A stretch of DNA of 64,000 bases from Candidatus Bathyarchaeota archaeon (GCA_963811105.1 CAWEPZ010000003.1:32001-96000), one strand, 5' to 3'. Shown: positions 49,001-58,842, numbered from the stretch's first letter. Notes: generated by a model from the sequence alone, not told the origin. Numbers and translations: made by a program.

Positions 49001-49320
49001 TTAGCCAATTCATCTCTGACATTGGAAAAGGCGCTGGAATAATGTTCTCAGACGCAGCTAACCAGAAACTCTATGCGTTTGATTCTATCGCAGGAAGCTC
49101 AACCGGCGCTTTGAAAGCTAGCAGTGCCTTAATCGAATTGCTGCCTGTCAGTGGAGCGCAAGCCTCATTCAAATATCCATATGATATTACTTGGCAAGGT
49201 GCAGTTGTAACGTTTGACAATTCAACGCCTATTTGCAGCTTTTATGAAGGAACGACCCCGACTGGCCTTTGGATACTGGCTGAATATCCACCCACATTAA
49301 CCGTAACTGCAAAAACTTAA
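46039..49320 (+). CDS. Giant pilin-like adhesin (1093 aa)
   Basis: Class III signal NNKG/QFSIIAALL; long S/T/N-rich beta-domain body with many N-x-S/T sites. Confidence 0.75.
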   Translation: MNNKGQFSIIAALLVAVVLIASVMTTYSAIRYSPAQGQPQILSAVDETNQALKQLLGFSVGYYASVLRVTGNVTYAQQLASTYLNSGLTNAGSIKPEWGLSLNATDLKLKANWFSNDSYSQGTMQVTYDLNGLGITGISYNASTRLEVQVSNASSPTQAQFRILTDNNEPLINLGTNNIKFYRYAYDNLTWDFSVPTNIISHGDGTYTVDLPSGVSCNSYVVQVEDTRGLSVLASSFSEFTSAIAWNSTAFRTDLDYVDRANLDVLGTHSNFTAQQNGPDSGYDTLTEAASGTILVPSYPTYYATSGSTTLANGTLSELQVNNGIYMSFHSYPSSFSGSNTTFGYASIGVNTQSIENNIRGSFFTIPDFGQVQTLSVYLELSGASNRKIKTAIYSEAHDFIAGSEEKTISSTGWYNFSFADPKPILNANTNYVLVAWADSSSGTVSIRYDAGSSNQGHRSNQAYAGWPVSGGFNHDNNMYSIYCTYTPTNQFTAQIELNGNSTIAFPWNDLVWTIDSSASQSSVASTFQLFNYATGQYSTSGDGYMTNTIGPGDLIKPQTIITSPASYLNSSGYWKINITAVKSTSSPFDLNLDLVQYSPDVTNYALNLQEQWLNVNATNVRQDLCIKTGTMGAEPLLVQVLHSGNWMTLMTLVPNYFNNASLIPYIDSTNLTIRFVGSNDGADPIPDTWNIDSIYLQDEPDISFLLNIQQSTFTLELLQNGTMRWLGQNMQLTTQTLPIPPIPVKDIHLNQTINGVNQEVPFQIEDWASNYQIPLGLTSNSTVFGNRQMIVFLLSSKVSDFTVWWNGSDVATQTPLAFINKYFTNDNTNTQTLTNGYVTLLFGSFNVKSTVAGTGTFSTATFMRINQQTSTYGAGLAYVIHHGVVRDVVQQEAEWNNGPTGCPNLYANIVLTLPANATYYTYQLRIMFINSTQARSITDLSPIQLTTSVSTQQLQTENGTLAGFPIVQNGTGTFLNATSGSWTAHHFSQFISDIGKGAGIMFSDAANQKLYAFDSIAGSSTGALKASSALIELLPVSGAQASFKYPYDITWQGAVVTFDNSTPICSFYEGTTPTGLWILAEYPPTLTVTAKT

Positions 49321-49381
49321 CCAAAAAAACCTTATTAGCGTATCCATAAACAAGCTACCGCATAAGATTTCCAAGGTGCAT

Positions 49382-50201
49382 ATGAATCCAAACCACACAA
49401 GCAATATTAATCGCTGCAAATATCACGTTTTCAATAGGTATTCTATTCTATGCTTCATGGAGCGACTACAAAACACGCGAGGTAAGCAACCGTTTATGGG
49501 CAATCTATGCGCCTATTGCACTTATAATTTCCCTTGCAGAATTAATCCTCTATAGCCCCTCTCAGCTTGTACTTTTTGGCGTCAGCGTAGGCTTAACCGT
49601 CGGGCTAGCTTTCCTACTCTTCTATTCAGGTGGGTTCGGCGGTGCAGACTCAAAAGCTCTCATGTGCCTCGCCATAGCCATACCTTTTGCCCCTACAATC
49701 CTAATAACGCCCATTTTAAAAACGGCGTCTTCACCGATTTCACAGTTCATTTTTCCATTCACCGTCTTTACTAACGGTGTCTTATTTGCAGCGGCAAGCG
49801 GCATATACATGATACTACGCAATGTCATTTGGCATAAGAGAAAAGGCAAAAAAATGTTTACAGGAACACTCGCCAAAGAATCAATCGTCAAAAAAATATT
49901 GGTACTAATAACAGGCTACAAAGTGAACATTGAAAAGGTTAAGGCGAAATGGCATGTTTTCCCCATGGAAGATGTTGAAATCGAAAATCCTCTGAAACAA
50001 AAACTGGTAATTATTCCTCATGACGAGGGGCGAGACAAAATTGTTGAACGCTTATCAAATGCAATAGATGCTGGAAAAATTGATTCTTACGTTTGGGCGA
50101 CGCCTGGATTGCCAATGTTGATTTTTATAACTGCAGGTTTGATTGTTGCTTTATTTGGTGTGGATATAGTCTGGTTGCTTGTCCGATTTGTGCTTGGTTA
50201 A
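49382..50201 (+). CDS. Prepilin peptidase (A24, FlaK/PibD-like); 1-nt offset just after the ATG
   Basis: Frame open from 49386: YASWSDYKTREVSN...FGGADSKAL...WATPGLPM; ATG 49382 after AGGTG is out of frame by one A. Confidence 0.85.
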
Positions 50202-50210
50202 TTGAAAGTT

Positions 50211-50432
50211 TTAATGAAGCATGTTTTTGCTACGTTTAGAATAAGAGATTGATGCTGCGGTCATTAGGGCTGAGCCAAATCCGACGATTGGTAGCGCGTA
50301 TCCTCTGTATGGGTAAGAAGCCCAACTTAAAATGAAACTGCTGTTGCCTGTTTGGTAAATGTAAAGAAATGTGCTTGCTGCAAATAACGTTATAGACAAC
50401 GCCAATAGGCAAACTTCAAGTTTAAACTCCAT
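50211..50432 (-). CDS. Small 2-TM membrane protein
   Basis: Two hydrophobic helices, YPYR motif, GGGAG RBS. Confidence 0.6.
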   Translation of the reverse strand: MEFKLEVCLLALSITLFAASTFLYIYQTGNSSFILSWASYPYRGYALPIVGFGSALMTAASISYSKRSKNMLH

Positions 50433-50491
50433 TCGTTAATACTCCCTTCTCCGTAAGCTAAACCCCATTAATCAAAAGGTTATTTTAGCTT

Positions 50492-51604
50492 TTGGGAAAT
50501 ATACCCTTAAGGAGTCTCCAATACACCATGAGACGATGCAAACAAGAACTTACAGATTTTTTAGCACTAGAAAAAACCAAAGAATGCAAAGTTACTGTTT
50601 TGCCTGATTTTTTTCTTGACCGGCTTGTGAACCTAAGTTGGAATGTCCAAGAGTTCTCAGAGTTAGTTTTAGATGTGGCTCAACGGAAAGGCGGCAGCAT
50701 TGACGGTATAGCTCAAACTGACCTGCCAGGGGGAAACGCCATCAACGTCGCCTCAGCCCTTTCCAACTTAGGTGCCACGGTCACGCCGATTGTATGCACG
50801 AACCAATATGGGCTTCAACAAATAAAATACCACCTCCGAGATACTCAAATTGACACTTCGCACATTAAAGTCTACGATAAGGCTTCGATAACAACAGCTC
50901 TGGAGTTCAAAAACAAGAGCGAAAAAACGAACGTTATGATTCGTGACTTGGGCGCCTTAGCGGAATTTGGCCCAAACGACTTAAATGAAAACGATTACGA
51001 CGCGATTGAGAACGCAGATTACACATGTCTCTTTAACTGGGCTGGAACACTAAAATTTGGCACAACATTGGCTCAATCAGTTTTTGGGAGAGCAAAAAAA
51101 GGTGTAGGTAAGACTTACTATGACACGGCAGATCCCACTCCAAACATTTCTGGAATAACTGGGTTGATGGAAACGGTTCTAAAATCCAATCAATTGGACG
51201 TTTTAGGTGTCAACGAAAATGAAGCAATCATGTACGCAGCTTTTCTTGACAATTCTTTGAATGATGAAAAAGGACATTTAGAGTTATCTGAGTTGGCAAT
51301 GGTGGCGGCAAGAATTTTGGCTAAACATCTGTCTGCAAGGATTGACCTGCACACCACAGTTTTTTCCGCAACTCTAAAAGGGAAAAATGAGTTTGTTGTG
51401 CCCACCTTCAAGGTTAAAGTTTTAAGGGCAACTGGCGCTGGTGATGCTTGGACTGCTGGAAACGTTCTAGGTGACTGGAATGGGCTCTCCGACGAGTGCC
51501 GACTTATGTTGGCAAACGCTGTTTCTGCCTGTTACCTCTCCGATCGTGAAGGTAAACATCCCACCAGGAGTCAGCTCTCAAGTTTTCTTAAGAATAATGC
51601 TTGA
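50492..51604 (+). CDS. PfkB family carbohydrate kinase
   Basis: GGNA.N.A..L..LG, NENEA, TGAGDAW.AG; probable start ATG 50528. Confidence 0.88.
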   Translation: MGNIPLRSLQYTMRRCKQELTDFLALEKTKECKVTVLPDFFLDRLVNLSWNVQEFSELVLDVAQRKGGSIDGIAQTDLPGGNAINVASALSNLGATVTPIVCTNQYGLQQIKYHLRDTQIDTSHIKVYDKASITTALEFKNKSEKTNVMIRDLGALAEFGPNDLNENDYDAIENADYTCLFNWAGTLKFGTTLAQSVFGRAKKGVGKTYYDTADPTPNISGITGLMETVLKSNQLDVLGVNENEAIMYAAFLDNSLNDEKGHLELSELAMVAARILAKHLSARIDLHTTVFSATLKGKNEFVVPTFKVKVLRATGAGDAWTAGNVLGDWNGLSDECRLMLANAVSACYLSDREGKHPTRSQLSSFLKNNA

Positions 51605-51674
51605 GGCTGTTAGCTAAATATTTTAAGTAACTACCAATGCATGTAGTAGTTACCAGTTAGGCGATGAGAGATAG

Positions 51675-53040
51675 ATGGCAAAACTGTTTGGAAGCTCCGG
51701 CGTTAGAGGCTTAGTAAACGTAGACCTTACGCCGCAACTTGCATGCAAGGTAGGCTTAGCTGTGGCTGCTTATGTGAAGGCGAAGAAGAACAGTTGTAGC
51801 GCGTGATACCCGAGTTTCAGGCTCAATGCTCGAAAACGCCTTGGTTGCAGGCTTACTTTCGAGCGGAACCGACGTCTTTTTGGCTGATGTGATTCCAACG
51901 CCCATGTTGGCTTACGCCACCCGAGCATTGGGAGCCGAAGCTGGTTTCATGCTTACTGCTTCGCACAATCCGCCTCAATATAACGGCATTAAAATATTCA
52001 GTGCAGACAGCTTATCATTCACAAATGAAGACCAAGATGGCGTAGAAAAAAACGTAACAGAAGGAGCTTTTGCTTTTGCGAATTGGGGTAAACTCGGCAA
52101 AACTATTGCTTTTGACGCAAGCCAAGCTTATTTGCAAATGGCTCTTAAAGCTGTCACACTTCGTAAAAAATGGTGGGTTGTCGTTGACCCAGGATGCGGA
52201 GCCACCTTCAAAGTTGCCCCTGAATTGCTTAAGGCTTTGGGTTGTAAAGTCACTACCCTTAACGCTCAGCCAGACGGATATTTTCCAGCCCGAAAATCTG
52301 AGCCGACTGCTGAATCGCTCGAAGATTTGGCAAGCGTTGTTAGAGTTCTTGGCGCTGACATAGGCATAGCTTTTGACGGGGATGGCGATCGAGTAGCTTT
52401 CGTTGATGAGAAAGGCGCTTTTGTAAACTTTGATCGTTCATTGGCTGCATATTCTGCTTATGCGCTTAAGAAGACGGGCGGCGGCACAATCGTAACAAAT
52501 GTTGAAGCTTCAATGTGTGTGGAAACAATGGCGCAAAAGCAAGGCGGCAAAATTATTCGAACCAGAGTCGGCGACATTTACATTTCTGAAGCCATTAAGC
52601 AGTCGGGTGCAGTTTTCGGCGGCGAGCCGTGTGGAGCGTGGGTGCATCCGCAGTTCCATTTTTGCCCTGATGGTCCGCTTTCAGGAGCACTTATGCTTGA
52701 AGCGTTGGAAGAGGAAAACAAAACTTTAAGCCAATTCATATCCGAGGTCCCAGAATATATTACTCGACGAGAAAATATTTCTTGCAAAAATGAGATAAAG
52801 TATAGAGCGGTTGAAAAAATCGGCGTTGCCCTGCAAGCAGCATTTCCATCTTTCACTGATTTTTCGACGGTTGATGGAGTTCGACTGGCATTAAAGGATG
52901 GTTGGTTGCTAGTTAGGGCTTCTGGAACGGAGCCGCTTATCCGATTAACTGTTGAAGGAGAATCAAATGCAGTGGCAAACGATATAACCAAAAAAGCGAC
53001 AGCAATAATACAGAAGCAAGTTGAGGCTGAAATAAAATGA
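51675..53040 (+). CDS. glmM: Phosphoglucosamine/phosphohexomutase, one extra A near 51790
   Basis: [12 protein letters not shown] in the upstream frame; TASHNP, DGDGDR, GGE, RASGTEP. Confidence 0.88.
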
Positions 53041-54317
53041 AAGCTGTACTTTTAGCTGCTGGCGCAGGAGTAAGACTCATGCCTATAACGGCCACACGCC
53101 CCAAACATTTGATTAAGGTGGGCGGAAAACCCATCTTGCAGTTTTGCTTGGAAGCCATCAAAAACGCTGGAATTGATGAAGTTATAATAGTTACTCATTA
53201 TATGGGCAAAGATATTCGGGATTATTTCGGTGACGGACAAAAACTTGGCTTATGCATTTATTATGTTGAGCAAAAAGCCGTGCTTGGAACAGGAAATGCT
53301 GCAGGCGTCGCTGAACCATACATAGAAGACGATTTTGTTCTTATCTACGGCGATTTATTGTTCGGTCAAGATGTAGTAAAAAGTGTGCTACAATTATATA
53401 AAAGTGGAAAAACAGCTGCAGTTATGGGCGTAGTTCCAGTTGACAAACCAGAGAGCTATGGCATAATCGAATTTGACGAAAACAAAAGGGTTAGACGCGT
53501 AGTGGAGAAACCAGAGGCTGGCAAAGCGCCTTCAAACTTAGCTAATGCTGGAATCTACGTTTTCTCAAAACAAATTTTTGAGACAATAAAGCAAACAAAA
53601 GCTTCAATTCGCGGGGAATGGGAACTGACGGACGCTGTAACCATGCTTGCAGATGAGGGAAAAACGGTTTTAGCTGCTCAGCTTTCGAAGGATGACTGGT
53701 TTGATGTGGGTAGACCTTGGGATTTGCTGGATGCTAATGTTTGGGCGCTAAAACGTATGAATCCCCAAGTTCTAGGTACTGTAGAGCAAGGTGCTCACAT
53801 TGTCGGTTCAGTTTCAGTTGCAAAATCAGCTCGTATCCGCTCAGGGGCTTACATTGAAGGACCAAGCTTTATTGATGAAGAATGCGATGTTGGACCAAAC
53901 TGTTACATTCGTCCAGGAACTAGCCTTGGCAAAAAAGTTCGCGTAGGCAACGCTTGCGAAATTAAAAATTGCATCATAATGGATGGCACGCATGTAGGGC
54001 ATCTTTCTTATGTTGGCGACAGCGTTCTTGGTGAAAAGTGCAACTTGGGCGCAGGCACGGTTACAGCTAATTATCGGCTGGATTCTGGATTGATCAAAAT
54101 GATGGTTAAAGACCAACTCGTTAACACAGGCAGAAGGAAGCTGGGGACTGTGATGGGTGATAACGTGAAGACAGGGATCAAATCGTTGTTTATGCCCGGG
54201 GTAAAAGTTGGTGCGAACAGTTGGGTAGGGCCAAACCTTATGGTGGAACGCGATTTGCCAGCTAACACAATAGCTTTTCTTAAGCAAAGTTGTGAAATAC
54301 GGGAAAAGAAGACTTGA
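53037..54317 (+). CDS. glmU: Bifunctional sugar-1-phosphate nucleotidylyltransferase/acetyltransferase (GlmU-like)
   Basis: LAAGAG.RL.P.T..RPK, EKP, hexapeptide repeats, HLSYVGDS. Confidence 0.88.
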   Translation: MKAVLLAAGAGVRLMPITATRPKHLIKVGGKPILQFCLEAIKNAGIDEVIIVTHYMGKDIRDYFGDGQKLGLCIYYVEQKAVLGTGNAAGVAEPYIEDDFVLIYGDLLFGQDVVKSVLQLYKSGKTAAVMGVVPVDKPESYGIIEFDENKRVRRVVEKPEAGKAPSNLANAGIYVFSKQIFETIKQTKASIRGEWELTDAVTMLADEGKTVLAAQLSKDDWFDVGRPWDLLDANVWALKRMNPQVLGTVEQGAHIVGSVSVAKSARIRSGAYIEGPSFIDEECDVGPNCYIRPGTSLGKKVRVGNACEIKNCIIMDGTHVGHLSYVGDSVLGEKCNLGAGTVTANYRLDSGLIKMMVKDQLVNTGRRKLGTVMGDNVKTGIKSLFMPGVKVGANSWVGPNLMVERDLPANTIAFLKQSCEIREKKT

Positions 54318-54461
54318 GATTACTTTTCAAATTCAACTGTTCCTTGCTTTGCAGAATTGATGTATGGTAAAATTAAGCTTGCAGACGTCTTTTAGTTTGG
54401 TATTTAAATCAAAGATAAATAGTGGTAGTGCAATTTCGTTACACTATTGGAGAAATAAAAG

Positions 54462-54884
54462 TTGTCTGTAGCGCAAAGAAAATATTTCACCGAAATCGCA
54501 GCGTTAGCAGATAAAACGGTGTCTGTAGTGACAACTACTGGAAAAACATTCAACGGCACACTCATCGGTATTAACCCCGACAACATGAGTCTTTGCATTG
54601 CTGATGCAAAAGACGAAACCGGAAACTTGCTTCACAGAGTATTCTTAAATGGAAATGTTGTTGCACAAATAAATAGCGCAGAAAAACCCTTCGATCTCAA
54701 AGCTTTAGCTGCAAGGCTTGAAAAAGTTTTCCCGACAATGGTTAAGCTTTATGATGACAAAGGATTCATTTGGGTAATGGACAAAGTAAAACTAACCGAT
54801 AGAGGCGTTGTTGAAGGTTCAGGTCCAGCTGCTGATCGAGTGCAGAAAGTCTACGAACAGTTCATGAGTGAAGTCAAACCCTAA
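54462..54884 (+). CDS. Sm-like archaeal protein with C-terminal extension (SmAP3/Lsm)
   Basis: Sm fold plus FDL..LA..LE..FP..VK...I.V.D...V....G.GP.A.RV. Confidence 0.85.
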   Translation: MSVAQRKYFTEIAALADKTVSVVTTTGKTFNGTLIGINPDNMSLCIADAKDETGNLLHRVFLNGNVVAQINSAEKPFDLKALAARLEKVFPTMVKLYDDKGFIWVMDKVKLTDRGVVEGSGPAADRVQKVYEQFMSEVKP

Positions 54885-55666
54885 ATAAACCAGCGCAGTT
54901 GCTGCTCTTCTTTCTTCTTTTCTTCTGTTATGCTTCTGATGATGCCAAAGGATTCTAGCACTTTCTTTATTTCGGATGCACTGTCTTCAAGCTTCGAGAG
55001 GTCAACGTTTAGGTTCAAGTATTTTTCCAGCGTAATTAGTGCGTAGCGTGCTGCGTTAATATCAGGGTTCATCCCGGGCGTATCAATCAGCAAAGAGAAA
55101 CCCTTCATGTCTCTAATCTTTGCTAAACCAATGGATAAGCCAGCGATGCCAAAAACATGTCCAACCATCACTTTTGTTCCCAAATCCAACGCCGCCTGCA
55201 TAGTTTCCTCATCTGTGGCTGTACTATAAATCCCGGGAATTGGTTGAGCTTCATCTTTTTTGAATCCGCCAATTGAAATTACTAAACGGCAGCCGAACTC
55301 CTGTACCAAGTCAAGCACTTTACTGCATAGCTCGTATTGCCCGACAGTTGTTAGGGCCTGCGTGTTCCCATACCAAATGATCAAGTCGCGTGCGCCTTCT
55401 TCTCGCTTGGCGTAATAGAGTTCGTTTATCGGCGAGAGTGCTCCGCCATCGCCAGTTGTTACTGCAAAATCTTGGAATGATGAGGAAAAAATTTGAACAA
55501 ACCGTTTAGCTTTCAGCTCTTTTATCATGTGTAGCGCTGCAATGTTAGCTACGAACCCTATGCCTGGTAAGCCTTCTATCAGTATTGGGTCGTTTAGTTT
55601 GGGTTTTTCGCTAATATCTATCGAGCAAACCATGATTTTCGCATCTCGCTTTTTATAGAGAAACAA
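54881..55666 (-). CDS. PAC2 family proteasome assembly chaperone
   Basis: LIEGLPGIG.VA.IA, ISIGG, G.AGL, PD..AA. Confidence 0.88.
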   Translation of the reverse strand: MFLYKKRDAKIMVCSIDISEKPKLNDPILIEGLPGIGFVANIAALHMIKELKAKRFVQIFSSSFQDFAVTTGDGGALSPINELYYAKREEGARDLIIWYGNTQALTTVGQYELCSKVLDLVQEFGCRLVISIGGFKKDEAQPIPGIYSTATDEETMQAALDLGTKVMVGHVFGIAGLSIGLAKIRDMKGFSLLIDTPGMNPDINAARYALITLEKYLNLNVDLSKLEDSASEIKKVLESFGIIRSITEEKKKEEQQLRWFI

Positions 55667-55750
55667 TGCGATATAAGCATGCCTAATCTATTAGAGTTGC
55701 AACATTAATCTTGTTAGAAACAGTATTGTTTTATCAGGATTTGGCGTTTG

Positions 55751-56233
55751 TTAGGTCTCTTTCTTCTGTGGCCTTCTAGTAACGTAGCCGAGAATGAATC
55801 CTGTGCTGACCACATTTGCGTTAAAAGAAGCAGAACTGAACACTAACGCCTGAACTGGTTTAGCAAATCCCAACGCCAAGTTGGTAATTGTAACTCCTGA
55901 TAATACTATTAAGACCAGGGGAGGTATAAGAACCGCCCATAATCTTTTGTCAACCCATTCCTTGCTAACTATTATAAGCGAGGAGAAACCGAAAAGTATG
56001 CTTGCTATAAAAAGTAAACCATTCGTAAACTCAAATGGAACAGGCATGCTTACGGGCACATGTTTTATCAAGTATACATCGATAAATGGAAGAACAATGC
56101 CAACTGGGAAACCGACAGATAGAAGCGTTGCCCAAATTAAGCGAATTCTGCGTGTTTTCTTTAACTGACCCATTGAACCACAACAGAGAATCATTATAAC
56201 TCTACAATAAATACGCTTTTCAAAAGAAATCAA
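55751..56233 (-). CDS. Hypothetical membrane protein
   Basis: Four hydrophobic segments; true start probably near 56174. Confidence 0.55.
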   Translation of the reverse strand: MISFEKRIYCRVIMILCCGSMGQLKKTRRIRLIWATLLSVGFPVGIVLPFIDVYLIKHVPVSMPVPFEFTNGLLFIASILFGFSSLIIVSKEWVDKRLWAVLIPPLVLIVLSGVTITNLALGFAKPVQALVFSSASFNANVVSTGFILGYVTRRPQKKET

Positions 56234-56298
56234 GTTTCATAGCTTTTTGGGCTAACGTTTTTTATAATCGGGAAGCGATTCTTGTTTAGGTTTCAACG

Positions 56299-57924
56299 TT
56301 GAGTTTCGAAATAAAAGAAAAAGACTTGCTGGGCAGAATAGGCAAATTAAAAACGAAAAGTGGAATAGTGGAAACGCCGCTCTTATATCCAGTAATCAAC
56401 CCAAGCATTCAGCTTGTAACACCTAGAAGGCTTAAGGAAACTTTTGGGTTTGAAGCAGTAATAACTAACGCTTACATACTCAAAAAACGCTATGGTGAAA
56501 AAGTCGTCAACGAGGGATTGCACAAGTTTCTAGATTTCGATGGAGCAGTCATGACTGATTCTGGCGCTTATCAAATACTTGTTTACGGCGAAGTGGAGGT
56601 CAGCCAAAAAGAAATCGTTGAGTATCAAGAGGACATCGGTAGCGACATTGCAACTATGCTTGACATACCAACTGGGTGGAAAATAACCAAAGAACAAGCT
56701 CAAACAACTGTCGCTGAAACCCTTCGACGGGCAAAGTCTTTCTTTGAAACCAAGACGCGAGATGATATTTTATGGGTTGGACCGGTGCAAGGCGGAAGAC
56801 ACCTTGATCTTGTGGCAAGCTCAGCAGTTGAAATGGGGAAGTTACCATTTCAAATCCATGCCTTAGGAAGCCCAACGGAAGTTATGGAAAATTATCGCTA
56901 TGATGTACTAGCTGATATGATATTGACCGCGAAGAAAGGTTTACCCATAGAGCGTCCTTTGCATTTGTTTGGGGCTGGTCACCCATCGATGTTCTCGTTG
57001 GCAGTAGCTCTGGGCTGTGACCTTTTCGATTCAGCAGCTTACGTCTTGTATGCTCGTGAAAACCGCTACATGACTGAGAATGGAACATGGCATCTTGAAG
57101 AGCTAGATTGTTTTCCATGCTCATGCCCAAAGTGCTCAAGTGAAACACCGCAAGGGCTTGAGCGGAAAACGAAGAAAGAACGAGAGGTTTTCTTAGCTGA
57201 GCACAACTTGTATGTTAGTATTGCAGAGTTACGACGAATAAAACAAGCGATAAGAGATGGCAGATTATGGGAACATACAGAGATGCGCGTCCATAATCAT
57301 CCAGCTTTGCTTTCCGCCCTTAAAAAACTGCGTAGCCACAGCGATTTCCTTGAAACTTATAGCCCCAGAGTGAAATCGAAGGGGTTCTTCTATTTTGATT
57401 CTGCTGGGCTTGTACGTCCAGAAATCACACATTACCACAAGCAACTAAACGCAAATTATGAGCCGCCGAGGGAAAGCAAGGTTCTTTTTCTTGTTCCACA
57501 AACCAGAAATAAGCCTTTTCATAAGGCTCCAGAGTTTAAGAAAATTCGGCAGCTTTTCCGTAAATTGGGTGAAGAGTCGGCTTCGAAAATTCACGTTTGC
57601 GTTTACGCTGCGCCCTTCGGTGTTGTTCCATTGGAGCTTGACGAGGTTTATCCGCTTAGTCAGCATGAGGCTGCAATGCCACTTGACTTGGAAACGATGA
57701 ATTACGTAGCAAACGAAACTGAAGCATACATAAAGCGCACAGGTTACGTTAGTGTTGTTTTGCTTAATGAGCCTAGACTTTGGAAAAACACGGTTAAAAA
57801 AGCCGTTACGTCAGCTTGCAAAACAAAGAGTTTAGCTTTTGAATGCGTTGAGGCAGATGTAGCTGGAAGCAAAGAGATTTTAGTTCGTTTAGAGAACATT
57901 TTTCGAAAACAATTGAGCGAATAA
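56299..57924 (+). CDS. tgtA: Archaeosine tRNA-guanine(15) transglycosylase
   Basis: ETP...PV, TDSGAYQ, LDIP, QGG, HLFGAGHP, FDSA, CxCxxC, HNL. Confidence 0.93.
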   Translation: MSFEIKEKDLLGRIGKLKTKSGIVETPLLYPVINPSIQLVTPRRLKETFGFEAVITNAYILKKRYGEKVVNEGLHKFLDFDGAVMTDSGAYQILVYGEVEVSQKEIVEYQEDIGSDIATMLDIPTGWKITKEQAQTTVAETLRRAKSFFETKTRDDILWVGPVQGGRHLDLVASSAVEMGKLPFQIHALGSPTEVMENYRYDVLADMILTAKKGLPIERPLHLFGAGHPSMFSLAVALGCDLFDSAAYVLYARENRYMTENGTWHLEELDCFPCSCPKCSSETPQGLERKTKKEREVFLAEHNLYVSIAELRRIKQAIRDGRLWEHTEMRVHNHPALLSALKKLRSHSDFLETYSPRVKSKGFFYFDSAGLVRPEITHYHKQLNANYEPPRESKVLFLVPQTRNKPFHKAPEFKKIRQLFRKLGEESASKIHVCVYAAPFGVVPLELDEVYPLSQHEAAMPLDLETMNYVANETEAYIKRTGYVSVVLLNEPRLWKNTVKKAVTSACKTKSLAFECVEADVAGSKEILVRLENIFRKQLSE

Positions 57925-57962
57925 CTTTGATTCATGCTGATTTAAATGCAGTTGTTTACATC

Positions 57963-58345
57963 TCTAATCACATTAACCTCGTTGAAGATTACTTCGCAGA
58001 ATCAAAATTGAATGCTGGATAAGAGAAAAGCACATACACGGCTATACGAAGTTTCTACAAACATTGCAAAGCTAAACTGCCAAGCTACCCCATAAACTTC
58101 AAAGATAAAACAGCCCTGAAACCGATTGTTTCACAACAACCAATTACCCTCGATGAAATGCGCCAGCTATTGACAAATGCTAAGCCAAGAGAACAGGCCA
58201 TGTTTCTAATCCAACTACAGACAGGAATGGACCGCTCAACTTTCGCAGAGTGTTTCAACCTCTACAGCTGGAATCAGATCGTTAAGCAATTAGGCAACGA
58301 AGACCCAGCACTCTAGGACCTATCAAATGTACCTATCCAACTTTA
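57963..58345 (+). pseudogene. Tyrosine integrase-like fragment
   Basis: YTAIRSFYKH...LP...ITLDEMRQLL..AKPREQAMFLIQLQTGMD; stops at 58020 and 58314; C-terminus missing. Confidence 0.55.
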
Positions 58346-58842
58346 CTGATGTATGGTTTAGAGACTACGTCACTTATTGCCATAACAAAAAAATAAAGCC
58401 AAAAACACAGGGCGCCTTCATAGGCACAATAAAACAACATTTGCCTGGAGCAGAGAAAGCAAAGATCAGGTCTGTTCCAGACGCCAGCCCTTTATCAGCA
58501 TGGAGATACGTTACTTTTGTTCCAGCTGTTCCAGGTGTTCCAACCTCTGATACAACTATTTCAGGAACGAAAAAAAACGAGGTGCAAAAAAAGCTAAATT
58601 ATGAAAAGTTTAGTGAAAAGGTCGGAACAGGTGGAACACCTGGAACAGATAGTAAACGTGAATGTGGTAAATGCGCCAAATTTGGAAGGTCATTCTATCC
58701 AGCTTGTAGTTTTCCACATGGAATAACAAATAACGGAAAACATTGTGATTACGCAGAAAATTGCCAAGACTATGAAGGTATAGAGCAGCTGCCACGCGCC
58801 GAATCCGGGGATTACCCAGAGCCAGAGGAGCCTTCGCAATGA
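58327..58842 (+). pseudogene. C-terminal fragment of a D5/P4-type primase-helicase (winged helix plus tail)
   Basis: FRDYVTYC....IKP.....F...I........K........WRYV wHTH; VPxVPxVP...GTxGTxGT iteron-encoded tail; CxxC. Confidence 0.55.
58518..58647. repeat. Inverted triplets of 9-bp-period TGTTCCA iterons flanking an A-rich spacer (putative replication origin)
   Basis: TGTTCCA at 58518, 58527, 58536; (T/C)GGAACA at 58623, 58632, 58641. Confidence 0.75.

Noticed and set aside
38640-50201. Archaellum operon
   Set aside because: No archaellin, FlaH, FlaF/G or chemotaxis genes
1694-57935. Many short antisense or alternate-frame ORFs in the track (e.g. 2450-2782, 9463-9855, 13865-15103, 38501-38932, 44255-44794, 53841-54287)
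   Set aside because: They overlap well-supported genes and show no motifs; treated as shadow ORFs
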